The notes beneath the pieces were generated by a model. It was not told the DNA's origin and did not search any database. It saw only the letters and a list, made by a program, of their open reading frames with translations. Positions 14,760 to 25,980 of a stretch of 64,000 nt of DNA are shown here, in pieces; position 1 is the first letter of the stretch, and every line of letters begins with the position of its first letter. The translations under genes were made by a program, and so were the position numbers. Source of the DNA: Leucoraja erinacea (taxonomy: Eukaryota); assembly GCF_028641065.1 (NCBI RefSeq), contig NW_026576092.1, positions 124,001-188,000 on the forward strand. The letters run 5' to 3'.

Positions 14760-17700
14760 TAGACTCGGCTTGTACTCGCTAGAATTTAGAAGACTGAGGG
14801 GGGATCTTATAGAAACTTACAAAATTCTTAAGGGGTTGGCCAGGCTAGATGCAGGAAGATTGTTCCCGATGTTGGGTAAGTCCAGGACAAGGGGTCACAG
14901 TTTAAGGATAAAGGGGAAATCTTTTAGGACCGAGATGAGAAAAACATTTTTCACACAGAGAGTGGTGAATCTGTGGAACTCTCTGCCACAGAAGGTAGTC
15001 GAGGGCAGTTCATTGGCTATATTTAAGAGGGAGTTAGATGTGTGTCCCTTGTGGCTAAAGGGATCAGGGGGTATGGAGATAAGGCAGGTACAGGATACTG
15101 AGTTGGATGATCAGCCATGATCATATTGAATGGCGGTGCAGGCTCGAAGGGTCGAATGGCCTACTCCTGCACCTATTTTCTATGTTTCTATGTTAGAAAG
15201 TCTTGTGTCTTCAAGAAAATGGAGATTGGACTTAGATTGGCAAAAGAACCAATGGAGATCCACAAGAGTCATAGGTACAGCACGGAAATAGGCCCTTCAG
15301 TCCATCTTATCCATGCGGACTATATTGGGACTGACTACTCATTCATGTAATCCAATCGGTGATGATGAAAGTATGGGTCGACTGGACTTATGATGAAAGA
15401 ATGGGTCGACTGGGCTCTTATTCACTGGAATTCAGACGGATGAGAGGTCATCTTATAGAAACATAGAAATTAGGTGCAGGAGTAGGCCATTCGGCCCTTC
15501 GAGCCTGCACCGCCATTTAATATGATCATGGCTGATCATCCAACTCAGTATCCCGTACCTGCCTTCTCTCCATACCCCCTGATCCCCTTAGCCACAAGGG
15601 CCACATCTAACTCCCTCTTAAATATAGCCAATGAACTGGCCTCAACTACCCTCTGTGGCAGAGAGTTCCAGAGATTCACCACTCTCTGTGTGAAAAAAAA
15701 AACATATAGAATTCTTAAGGGATTGGACAGGCTAGATGCAGGAAATAAATTCCCAATGTTGGGGGAGTCCAGAACCAGGGGTCACAGTTTAAGAATAAGG
15801 GGACTGACGCCTAAGATGAGGAAAAACATTTTCACCCAGAGAGTTGTGACTCTGGAATTCTCTGCCACAGAAGGCAGTGGAGGCCAATTCACTGGATGTT
15901 TTCACGAGAGAGTTAGATTTAACTCATAGGGCTAACGGAATCAAGGGATATGGGGGGAAAGCAGGAATCGGGGGTGCTGATTTTGGATGCTCAGCCATGA
16001 TCATTTTGAATGGCGGTGTTGACTCGAAGGGCCGAATCGCCTACTCCTGCATCTATTTTCTATGTGAGTGTGAGGCATGCACTGATGATAGAAACATAGA
16101 CATAGAAAACATAGAAAATACGTGCAGGAGTAGGCCATTCGGCCCTTCGAACCTGCACCGCCATTCGATATGATCATGGCTGATCATCCAACTCAGTATG
16201 CCATTCCTGCCTTCTCTCAATACCCCCTGATCCCTTTAGCCACAAGGGCCACATCCAAATCCCTCTTAAATATAGCCAATGAACTGTGGCCTCAACTACC
16301 TTCTGTGGCAGAAAATTCTACAGATTCACCACTCTCTGTGTAAAAAATGATTTTCTCATCTCGGTCCTAAAAGACTTCCCTCTTATCCTTAAACTGTGAC
16401 CCCTAGTTCTGGACTTCCCCAACATCGGGAATAATCTTCCTGTATTTAGCTTGTCCCTTAAGTATTTTGTAAGTTTCTATAAGATCCCCCCTCAATCTTC
16501 TAAATTCTAATTGATTAATTGATGATGCTCCTTCCTTCACCAGACCCTTAAATAAGGAAGGAACAGGACAGAAGTGATGTGACCTTTTTGTTGCCTTGGA
16601 GGCTGAAACAAATGTGTCATACGAGAGGGAGAAGGTCTGAAAATGAACCCCACTCCAAAGGATGCTTATGATGTGTTAATCATCATCTAGGAACTCAGCA
16701 AATTCATTTCACTTGCACTTTATGTGCAAGTGACGAATAAAATATGACTTGACTTGACTTGAGAATCCAGCATTTGTAAGCTACAAAATATTTAAGTGTA
16801 CGATATCTTTCAGCCCAAGTTGAATCTGTGCAGAACCTACATTTTATAGCTTGGATGCTGGAGTACCTCACAAAATGCTGGAGTAACTCAGAGGAACAGG
16901 CAGCCTCTCTGGATGGAAGGAATGGGTGACGTTTCGGGTCGAGGCCCTTCTTAGCTTTGACAACATTTCCTCTTTTGCAAACGTATCTTGTCAATTAAAC
17001 AATTTTCCATTTTCTCTGGCAGTCCCGTTTAATTCTCTTCCATGGGGTGTGGCTATCTCGGTCATTGCTGACTTTTACATAGAAGTGTACAGCACAGGAA
17101 CAGGCCCTTAGACCCACATTGTCCACATCGAATATAGAAACATAGAAACATAGAAATTAGGTGCAGGAGTAGGCCATTCGGCCCTTCGAGCCTGCACCGC
17201 CATTCAATATGATCATGGCTGATCATCCAACTCAGTATCCCGTACCTGCCTGCTCTCCATACCCCCTGATCCCCTTAGCCACAAGGGCCACATCTAACTC
17301 CCTCTTAAATATAGCCAATGAACTGGCCTCAACTACCCTCTGTGGCAGAGAGTTCCAGAGATTCACCACTCTCTGTGTGAAAAAAGTTCTTCTCATCTCG
17401 GTTTTAAAGGATTTCCCCGTTATCCTTAAGCTGTGACCCCTTGTCCTGGACTTCCCTAACATCGGGAGCAATCTTCCTGCATCTAGCCTGTCCAACCCCT
17501 TAAGAATTTTGTACGTTTCTATAAGATACCCTCTCAATCTTCTAAATTCTAGAGAGTATAAACCAAGTCTATCCAGTCTTTCTTCATAAGACAGTCCTGA
17601 CATCCCAGGAATCAGTCTGGTGAACCGTCTCTGCACTCCCTCTATGGCAATAATGTCCTTCCTCAGATTTGGAGACCAAAACTGTACGCAATACTCCAGG

Positions 17701-18482
17701 TGTGGTCTCACCAAGACCCTGTACAACTGCAGTAGAACCTCTCTGCTCCTATACTCAAATCCTTTTGCAATGAAAGCTAACATACCATTCCATATATGAT
17801 GCCAAGATAAACCTATCTCCTCCGCCCACACATGATCCTGCGTTTCCCAGCATGTCCATGAACAAGGAAGAAAAAATGATAGTGCCCAGTCCATCATGGG
17901 TACTGTAATGACTGATTTTAAGCTAAATGTCTACTACAGGTACTGAAGTGCTCTACAGGAACCACTGCCTCTCAAAGACAGCCAGCATCATCAAGGACCT
18001 ATACCACCTTGGCCTGGCTTTCAATTTTCCTCCTGCCATCAAGAAGGTAAAGAAATCTAAAAACTGTAACATCCAGGTTCAGGAATAGCTTCTTCCCAAC
18101 AACCAGTGGGCTATTGAGTGCTATGAACTCCTAATAACCTTTAAACTACAAACTGCCTTGGTTGCAGGTACAGAAGGCAGTGAAGAAAACGAATGGCATG
18201 TTGGCCTTCATAACAAGAGGAGTTGAGTATAGGAGCAAAGAGGTCCTGTCCTGCTGCAGTTGTACAATGAGACTATACCTGGAATATTGTGTGCAGGTTT
18301 GGTCTCCAAATTTGATATGAAGGACATTCTTGCTATTGAGGGAGTGCAGTGTAGGTTCACAAGGTTAATTCCCGGGATGGCGGGGTCTGTCATATGTTGA
18401 TAGAATGGAGCGGCTGGGCTTGTATACACTGGAATTTAGAAGGATGAGAGGCAATCTTATTGAAACATATAAGATTATTAAG
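14760..18482. mobile_element. CR1 family A cluster: 14760-15192 (+), 15390-16065 (+) with nested 15455-15700 (-), 16090-16510 (-), 17135-17790 (-), 18165-18482 (+)
   Basis: ORFs 14770, 15522, 17232 and 18405; tails. Confidence 0.88.
16868..16952 (-). repeat. PLE-tail repeat copy; others near 3509, 6170, 23298, 33750, 37287 (-) and 26027, 31147, 32531, 40078 (+)
   Basis: Shared ~90-nt consensus acacaaaatgctggagtaactcagcggg.caggcagcatct.tggag..aaggaatgggtgacgtttcgggtcgagacccttcttcagac. Confidence 0.8.
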
Positions 18483-18952
18483 AGTGGGCCTCCTCACTCT
18501 CGGGGGCCCATCGGCAGGAACGTTTGTCTCCGTGACACATCTCAGGAGCCTTCTGCTGCCACGTGGCGCATCTCGGGTTCCACCGAAGGAACCTGAGATG
18601 CTGTGCTATAGTATCACTAACTAAACTAAACCGGCTGCAGTACAGTGGCTCAAATGGTAACGCCAAAACTCCAGTGACAACAGACATTTTCACACTGGGC
18701 GAAAATAGTCTTGTTTTCACACGGGGGAAAATCGTCTTGTTTTCCCTAATTTCTAAGTAGGCACTTAGCAATGTATCTTATTCCCATGCACAAAAATTAC
18801 TTATGGGAGATTAGTTTCGAGATACAGCGTGGAAACAGGCCCTTCGGCCCAGCGAGTCCACGACGACCAGCATTCGCCCCATATACTAGCACTATCCTAC
18901 ACACACACGCGACAATTTACAATGATACCAAGCCAATTAACCTACAAACCTG

Positions 18953-19047
18953 AAGGTACACAAAAAAGCTGGAGAAACTCAGCGGGTGCAGCAGCATCTA
19001 TGGAGCGAAGGAAATAGGCAACGTTTCGGGCCGAAACCCTTCTTCAG
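18953..19047 (-). mobile_element. 95-bp PLE-derived hammerhead-bearing mini-insertion inside a SINE
   Basis: Near-identical to the reverse complement of 29220-29311. 13-bp TSD acctacaaacctg at 18940-18952 and 19048-19060. Confidence 0.85.
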
Positions 19048-20469
19048 ACCTACAAACCTGTGTGTCTTTGGGATGTGGGAGGAAACCGGAGTTCCCAGTG
19101 AAAACCCACACAGTCTCGGGGAGAACATACAAACTCTGTACAGACAGAATCCAGGTCTCTGGCGCTGCCCAGCCGTACTTTATTGTCACATGTACCTAGA
19201 TACAGTGTAAAGGAGGAAGGATTGACGGTGAGGAGGACAGTCTGAGTAAATGGGAAGACATTGATTAGTTGGGTACTTGGGCAGAACACCAGCAGACAGA
19301 CTGGTTCGAGTGAGGTCAAGCCTGTTGTGAGGATGAACACTAATGAGTATTGCAGGTAAAGAATGCGTCTGCTAGACTTGCTTTCCTAGGTCAGGGCACT
19401 GAGAATAAGAGTCAGGAAGTCACAGGACTTTTGTCAGGCTGTGTTTGGAGTATTGTGTGTAGTTCTGGGCACCCCATCACTGGGCTGATGTGGAAGCTTT
19501 GGACAGAGTGCAGAGGAGGTTTACCAGAATGCTGCCTGCAGTAGAAGGCATTGGCTATACGGAGAGATTGTTCTCTGGAATGTCAGAGGCTGAGGGGGGC
19601 CTGGTGGAGGTGTATACAATTATGAGAGGCTGAGATAAGGTAGACAGTCAGAACCTTTTTCCCAGGGTGGAAATGTCAAAGATTAGAGTGATAGTGGAAT
19701 CAATTATGAGTTATTGGTACGAGTGCAGGCAGGTGGGACTAAGGGAAAAAAATGTTGTTTGGCACGGACTTGTAGGGCCGAGATGGCCTGTTTCCGGCTG
19801 TAATTGTTATATGGTTTGTTATATGGATGTAACAATTACCCTGGTAAGGGAGACAGAAGGTTAAAAAGTATTTGCCTTGCATCCCAATGAGGAGTGTGAG
19901 GTCACCAAAAGCAAAATGGATGTTGCCTGCGCTGGTGGAGACTCTGAGGGATTGCCGTGAGCGCAGTGGTCTCGGAGTTTGTGGTGATGTCGCGCCCTGG
20001 GGTCTGGTGCGAGTGTGGACGGCTTTCTGACTGTTTGAGCGGACAGGGACTGCAGAGAGAGTGACAGCGGTCGGTGCAACTGGTCACATCACGGTGAAGA
20101 GCGTGTGTGTGGCCCAAACATTAGACTGATGGCTGTGGGCCTCCGCTTTTGCTGTGTGCCTATAGATTCTTACACGCCGCTGTAGTGGCTGTTTATGTCA
20201 AGTCAAGTCAAGTCAAGTCAAGTTTATTTGTCACATACACATATGAGATGTGCAGTGAAATGAAAGTGGCAATGCTCGCGGAACAACAAAACAACCAAAC
20301 AAATTATAAACACAATCATAACACACATATTATTTTACATAATAAATAATAGAAGGAAAAACGTTTGATTTGTCTGTAATCTTGTATCCTGTTTTTTTAT
20401 ATGAGTGTATGGTAAAATCAAATATCACTGTACCTCATGGTACACGTGACAATAAAGGACTATTGAACT

Positions 20470-20804
20470 ATATAACCATATAACCATATAACAATTACAG
20501 CACGGAAACAGGCCATCTCGACCCTTCTAGTCCGTGCCGAACACATAATCTCCCCTAGTCCCATGAGGATACCTGCGCTCAGACCATAACCCTCCATTCC
20601 CTTCCCATCCATATAACTATCCAATTTATTTTTAAATGATAAAAACGAACCTGCCTCCACCACCTTCACTGGAAGCTCATTCCACACAGCTACCACTCTC
20701 TGAGTAAAGAAGTTCCCCTAATCATGTTACCCCTAAACTTCAGTCCCTTAATTCTCAAGTCATGTCCCCTTGTTTGAATCTTTCCTACTCTCAGTGGGAA
20801 AAGC
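20470..20804 (-). mobile_element. CR1 family B 3' fragment
   Basis: ORF 20460..20696. Confidence 0.9.
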
Positions 20805-21124
20805 TGTAACATGTAAGATCATGCGGGCCAAATGCCACATCTGGCCAGTGTTACGGAGACACGAGGAGTTTGCTAATGTCTAAAGTAATAAGCTGGAGTT
20901 CGAAGAAGATTTCAGTAACGAGTCGGAAGAAAATTGGATGTATCTCACTGTTTTGCAGCAACAATAAAGCATTTATTCGTGAAAAGACTGTGTTTTGAAG
21001 TCATATCTGAGAAGAAGCTCTGAAGGTCTCTGTGAGTGAGCTGGCATGCGTTTAGAAGACCATGCTCATCCAAATAGTGGCTAGGGTGCTAATTACCTGA
21101 AAGATATGAAAATTTGCCGCTACA
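20805..21124 (+). mobile_element. possible solo LTR (320 bp)
   Basis: TGTAAC...GCTACA termini and internal AATAAA near 20964; TSD not resolved. Confidence 0.45.
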
Positions 21125-21732
21125 TTGAGTTTAGTTTACTTTAGAGATACAGCACGGAAACAGGCCCTTTGTCCCATCCAACGTTCATCCCGTACACTAA
21201 CACTATCACACACACACCACACACACAGGGACACAATTTACCTGTGCGACTTTGTAGTGTGGGAGGAAACCAGAGCTCCCAGAGAAAACCCACGCAGGTC
21301 ACAGGGAGAACGTACAATAAGGCCTGCCGCTGCACGTGGCCACAAGCAGCCCCTCAACAGGCCCCCTTTCATCATCGGCATACCCTTGCTGAGTCCTCCA
21401 TTAATTTTTGGCGCCCTCCAGCCGAGTCCCTTTAGTTCTCAGCTCCGTAGACTCTCCACACTTAATCCTGGCTGGCCTCCACACTCTCGGCGGCCCATCG
21501 GCAGTGACGTTTGGCTCAGCAGCACATCTCAGGAGCCTTCTGCTGCCATTTGGCGCGTCTCAGGTTCCACCGAAGGGCCTGCTTCTGCGCTCTCTCCAAA
21601 CTAAACCAGCTGCAGTGATCTGGTTCAAGTGGTAACCTCTAGTGATCCAGGATCAATCCCTACCTCAGGTGCTGTCTATGTGGAGTTCACACATTCTCCT
21701 TGTGACTGCGTGGATTTTGTGCAGGGTCTTTT

Positions 21733-22370
21733 GAGTATAGAAGCTGGGATGTAATGTTAAAATTGTACAAGGCATTGGTGAGACCAAATCTGGAGTATGG
21801 TGTACAATTTTGGTGGCCAAATTATAGGAAGGATGTCAACAAAATGGAGAGAGTACAGAGGAGATTTACTAGAATGTTGCCTGGGTTTCAACAACTAAGT
21901 TACAGAGATAGGTTGAATAAGTTGGGTCTTTATTCTCTGGAGCGCAGAAGGTTAAGGGGGGACCTGATAGAGGTCTTTAAATGATGAGAGGGATAGACAG
22001 AGTTGATGTGGACAAGCTTTTCCCTTTGAGAATAGGGAAGATTCAAACAAGAGGACATGACTTCAGAATTAAGGGACAGAAGTTTAGGGGTAATATGAGG
22101 GGGAACTTCTTTATGCAGAGAGTGGTGGCGGTGTGGAATGAGCTCCCAGTGGAAGTGGTGGAGGCAGGTTCATTGGTATCATTTAAAAATAAATTGGATA
22201 GGCATATGGATGAGAAGGGAATGGAGGGTTATGGTATGAGTGCAGGCAGGTGGGACTAAGGGGAAAAAAAAAAAAATAATAATAATTTGTTCGGCATGGA
22301 CTTGTAGGGCCGAGATGGCCTGTTTCCGTGCTGTAATTGTTATATGGTTATATGTTATATGGTTATATGG
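21733..22370 (+). mobile_element. CR1 family B (second subfamily) 3' fragment
   Basis: ORFs 21754 and 21981; TTATATGG tail. Confidence 0.92.
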
Positions 22371-22800
22371 TCTCCTATTTCCTACCACATCCCAAAGACG
22401 TGAGGTTAATGGGTGAATTGGCTTCTGTAAATTGTGTGTGGTTGAATGGGAGAATCTTGGGGGAGCTGATGACATTTTGGGAACAATAAATGATGAGGTC
22501 CATGTGGATGGATGTGTTACAGTCAGCACCATAAGGCTGAAGGGCCTGTGTCAATGCTGTAGGGCTCCGAGTTAGTCCCCTGTCAGCCTCAGGCAGATCA
22601 CTTATGTAGTCATACAGCATGGAAGCAGGCCCTTTGTTCCATCACATTCAGGCCAACCATCAAGAACCATATGGTCACAAGAAAATCGTGCAAACTCCAC
22701 CTAAGTAACAAGGTCTGGATCAAACCCAAGTCATTTGATGGCCTTCTCTGTCGTAAGGAAATCTCAGATCTCCCTTTCCTCAGAACCTCTCACCTGTGTA

Positions 22801-24712
22801 ATAGAAACATAGAAAATAGGTGCAGGAGGAGGCCATTTGGCCCTTCGAGCCAGCACCGCCATTCATTGTGATCATGGCTGATCATCCCCTATCCATAACC
22901 TGTGCCTGCCTTCTCCCCATATCCCTTGATTCTACTAGCCCCTAGAGCTCTATCTAACTCCCTCTTAAATCCATCCAGTGGTTTGGCCTCCACTGCCCTC
23001 TGTGGCAGGGAATTCCATAAATTCACAACTCTGGGTGAAAAGGTTTTTTTCTCACCTCAGTCTTAAATGACCTCCCCTTTATTCTAAGACTGTGACTCCT
23101 GGTTCTGGCTCCATGCAGAGTTCTGGTAATATTGCCTACTGTTGCTCAAATTTCAAACTCACTCCAGAGTGACTTTGGCATTGAGCAATATGCAGGAAAG
23201 TGAGGGGTGTGGGTTATGTGCAGGCAAATAAAAGTTGGTCTTGGCATCGTATTCAGCACAGACATTGTGGGCCTGTTTCTGTGCTTTACTGTTGATAAGA
23301 CACAAAAAGCTGGAGTAACTCAGCGGGGCAGGCAGCATCTCTGGAGAGAAGGAATGGGTGACGTTTCGGTTCAAGACCATTCTTCAGACTGACAATAGAC
23401 AATAGGTGCAGGAATAGGACATTTGGCCCTTCGAGCCAGAACCGCCATTCAATGTGATCATGGCTGATCATCCCTAATCAGAATCCCATTCCTGCCTTCT
23501 CCCCATATCCCCTGACTCCGCTATTTTTAAGAGCCCTATCTAGCTCTCTCTTGAAAGCATCCAGGGAACCTGCCTCCACTGCCCTCTGAGGCAGAGAATT
23601 CCACAGACTCACCATTCTCTGTGAGAAAAAGAGTTTCCTCTAAAAGGCTCACTCCTAATTCTTAAACTGTGGCTCCTAGTTCTGGACTCCCCCAATATCG
23701 GGAACATGTTTCCTGCCTCTAGTGTGTCCAAGCTCTTAACAATATAATATGTTTCAATGAGATATCCTCTCATCCTTCTAAACTCCAGAGTGCACAAGCC
23801 CAGCTGCTACATTCTCCGAGCATATGACAGTCCCACCATCCCGGGAATTAACCTTGTAAACCTATGCCGCACTCCCTCAATAACAATAATGTCCTTCCTC
23901 AAATTAGGGGACCACAACTGCACACAATACTCCAGGTGTATTGTGTGCAGTTTTGGTCCCCTAATTTGAGGAAGGACATTCTTGTTTATGAGAGAGTGCA
24001 GCATAGGTTTACAAGGTTAATTCCCGGGATGGCGGGGTGTCAGGTGAGAGGGAGGTTCATAGATAAAGGAAGTGAAAGGTATAAAAATAGGTTAAAGGGA
24101 ATGCAGATCAAGGAAAATGTAGAATAAGTTTAGAAAAATGTAGAAGATGTTAGCTGGGAGAATGTAACAACAAAGCAAACAGATAAAATGCATTTGGAGA
24201 CAGAAAGACTGGTCAGAGAACTGGGAAGGGGGAGGGATGGAGAGGGAATACTAGCGTTCCTTCCTACACTGACTGGATAGACTCGGCTTGTACTCGCTAG
24301 AATTTAGAAGATTGAGGGGGGATCTTCTAGAAACTTACAAAATTCTTAAGGGGTTGGACAGGCTAGATGCAGGAAGATTATTCCCGGTGTTGGGGAAGTC
24401 CAGAACAAGGGGTCACAGTTTAAGGATAAGAGGGAAATCTTTTAGGACCGAGATGAGAAAATCATTTTTTACACAGGGAGTGGTGAATCTGTGGAAACCT
24501 CTGCCACAGAAGGTAGTTGAGGCCAGTTCATTGGCTATATTTGAGGGAGTTAGATGTGGTCCTTGTGGTTAAAGGGATCAGGGGGTATGGAGAGAAGGTA
24601 GGGATGGGATACTGAGTTGTATGATCAGCCATGATCATATTGAATGGCGGTGCAGGCTCGAAGGGCCGAATGGCCTACTCCTGCACCTATTTTCTATGTT
24701 TCTATGTTTCTA
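22801..24712. mobile_element. CR1 fragments: 22801-23110 (-), 23392-23938 (-) with inverted piece 23938-24040 (+), 24270-24712 (+)
   Basis: ORFs 23609, 23807, 23864 and 24288. Confidence 0.85.
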
Positions 24713-24844
24713 CACCTGTGCTTTACTGTTCTATGTACCTGCTCGACAAGTTGAAGGCACCATATAATTGGAAGTTGTTGTTGTAGTGCCAATACTGATG
24801 TCAACACTGGTTGCTTGTACCCAAATTTCACAAATGAAAAACGC

Positions 24845-25779
24845 AAGCGGATAAGGTTAATCACACTTTATTATGCATGTATCCTTATACACTGCAAGTC
24901 AATTATTGATAAAATAACCCCCCTAAAATCCAACAATTCTATTTCAAAAATCAGTAAAAATGAAGTTAGATGTTCATAAAATGAAAATCTGTTAAAAACT
25001 ATCATTTAAATCAACAGCTGAATATGAACTTAACCATGCAAATAGCCAGGGAGGAATATAACTGTGAGAAAGGGTGCGGAGGGAGGACTGGCCAGAAGCA
25101 TTACAAAATAAGATGGAAACAAGGAATTTTAGATACTAGTTGACAAAAGGCACAAAGTGTTGGGAGTAACTGATAACTGTAATTTCAGATGCACCATGCA
25201 AGTGGACCATGGGAGGAAGAGATAACTTTGGACGTACAGTTCTCAGCTCAATGTCCTTCTGGGGATGTACTTGTGGGTTCACTGATGGAGGTTGATTGCT
25301 GTGATCATTTAAACAGCTCCACTTTTTATTTAACAAAAGTAAGATTATTACAGGTACAAAAATAACGAGATTATGCACGGCACAGCTGGTAGAGCTGCTG
25401 CCTCAAAAATAAGCATCGCATCTGGGCTTCTGACTGCAAGGTGTAGATGGGAGTACAGCGAATCCTCCTTTGTGGAGATTGAGTAAACAGGACAAGAAGT
25501 AGGATGTGCCAAATGGTATCCAAATTCCAAAGCAGGGTTGTGAAGTGGGAGGGGGGGGAAGAGGGGGTTGTCGTGGGATGGGATGCTGGAGAGAGGAAAA
25601 GGACTGTTTTTTTCTTGTAGGCCAATTCTCCGCAACAAGTTGGGAGGGGAAACTACATTTCAAACAAGCGAGCGGTTAAAAGCTACATTATTGATCACAC
25701 CGCGAAGGAAAAAGCAAGGGGCCAGTAGCTTCAATTCCAAGGATCTGAAGCCAATCTTGCAGGTGATTATGCCTCTATC
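24845..25779 (-). other. b2m: b2m exon 4 (non-coding 3' UTR)
   Basis: Acceptor tttgtagtttcag| at 25780. Unique AT-rich sequence with AATAAA at 25330-25325 and 24872-24867; the latter is followed by a GT/T-rich stretch. The 3' end is estimated. Confidence 0.7.
24867..24872 (-). terminator. probable b2m polyadenylation signal (alternative at 25325-25330)
   Basis: AATAAA on the minus strand with a downstream GU/U-rich element. Confidence 0.6.
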
Positions 25780-25953
25780 CTGAAACTACAAATTGATTAA
25801 AAACTAAATTTAAACATGATCAACTTTGCGTGTAATCATTCAGAAATCATGTCCATGTTCATGCCTGCAAAAACAAAGAAATACAAGTGAGTAGTCTGAA
25901 TGTGAGGTTAGAATATTCTAATCAGTAGCCATATGACATGTCAGTTTGCTTAC

Positions 25954-25980
25954 CTGTGGTGCAGCAGGCTTAGAAGGATT
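25954..25980 (-). CDS. b2m: b2m exon 3 (27 nt: E-S-F-stop plus start of 3' UTR)
   Basis: Pyrimidine-rich acceptor ttctctcgttcacttacag|AATCCTTCTAA...ACAG|gtaagc; in frame with exon 2. Confidence 0.9.
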
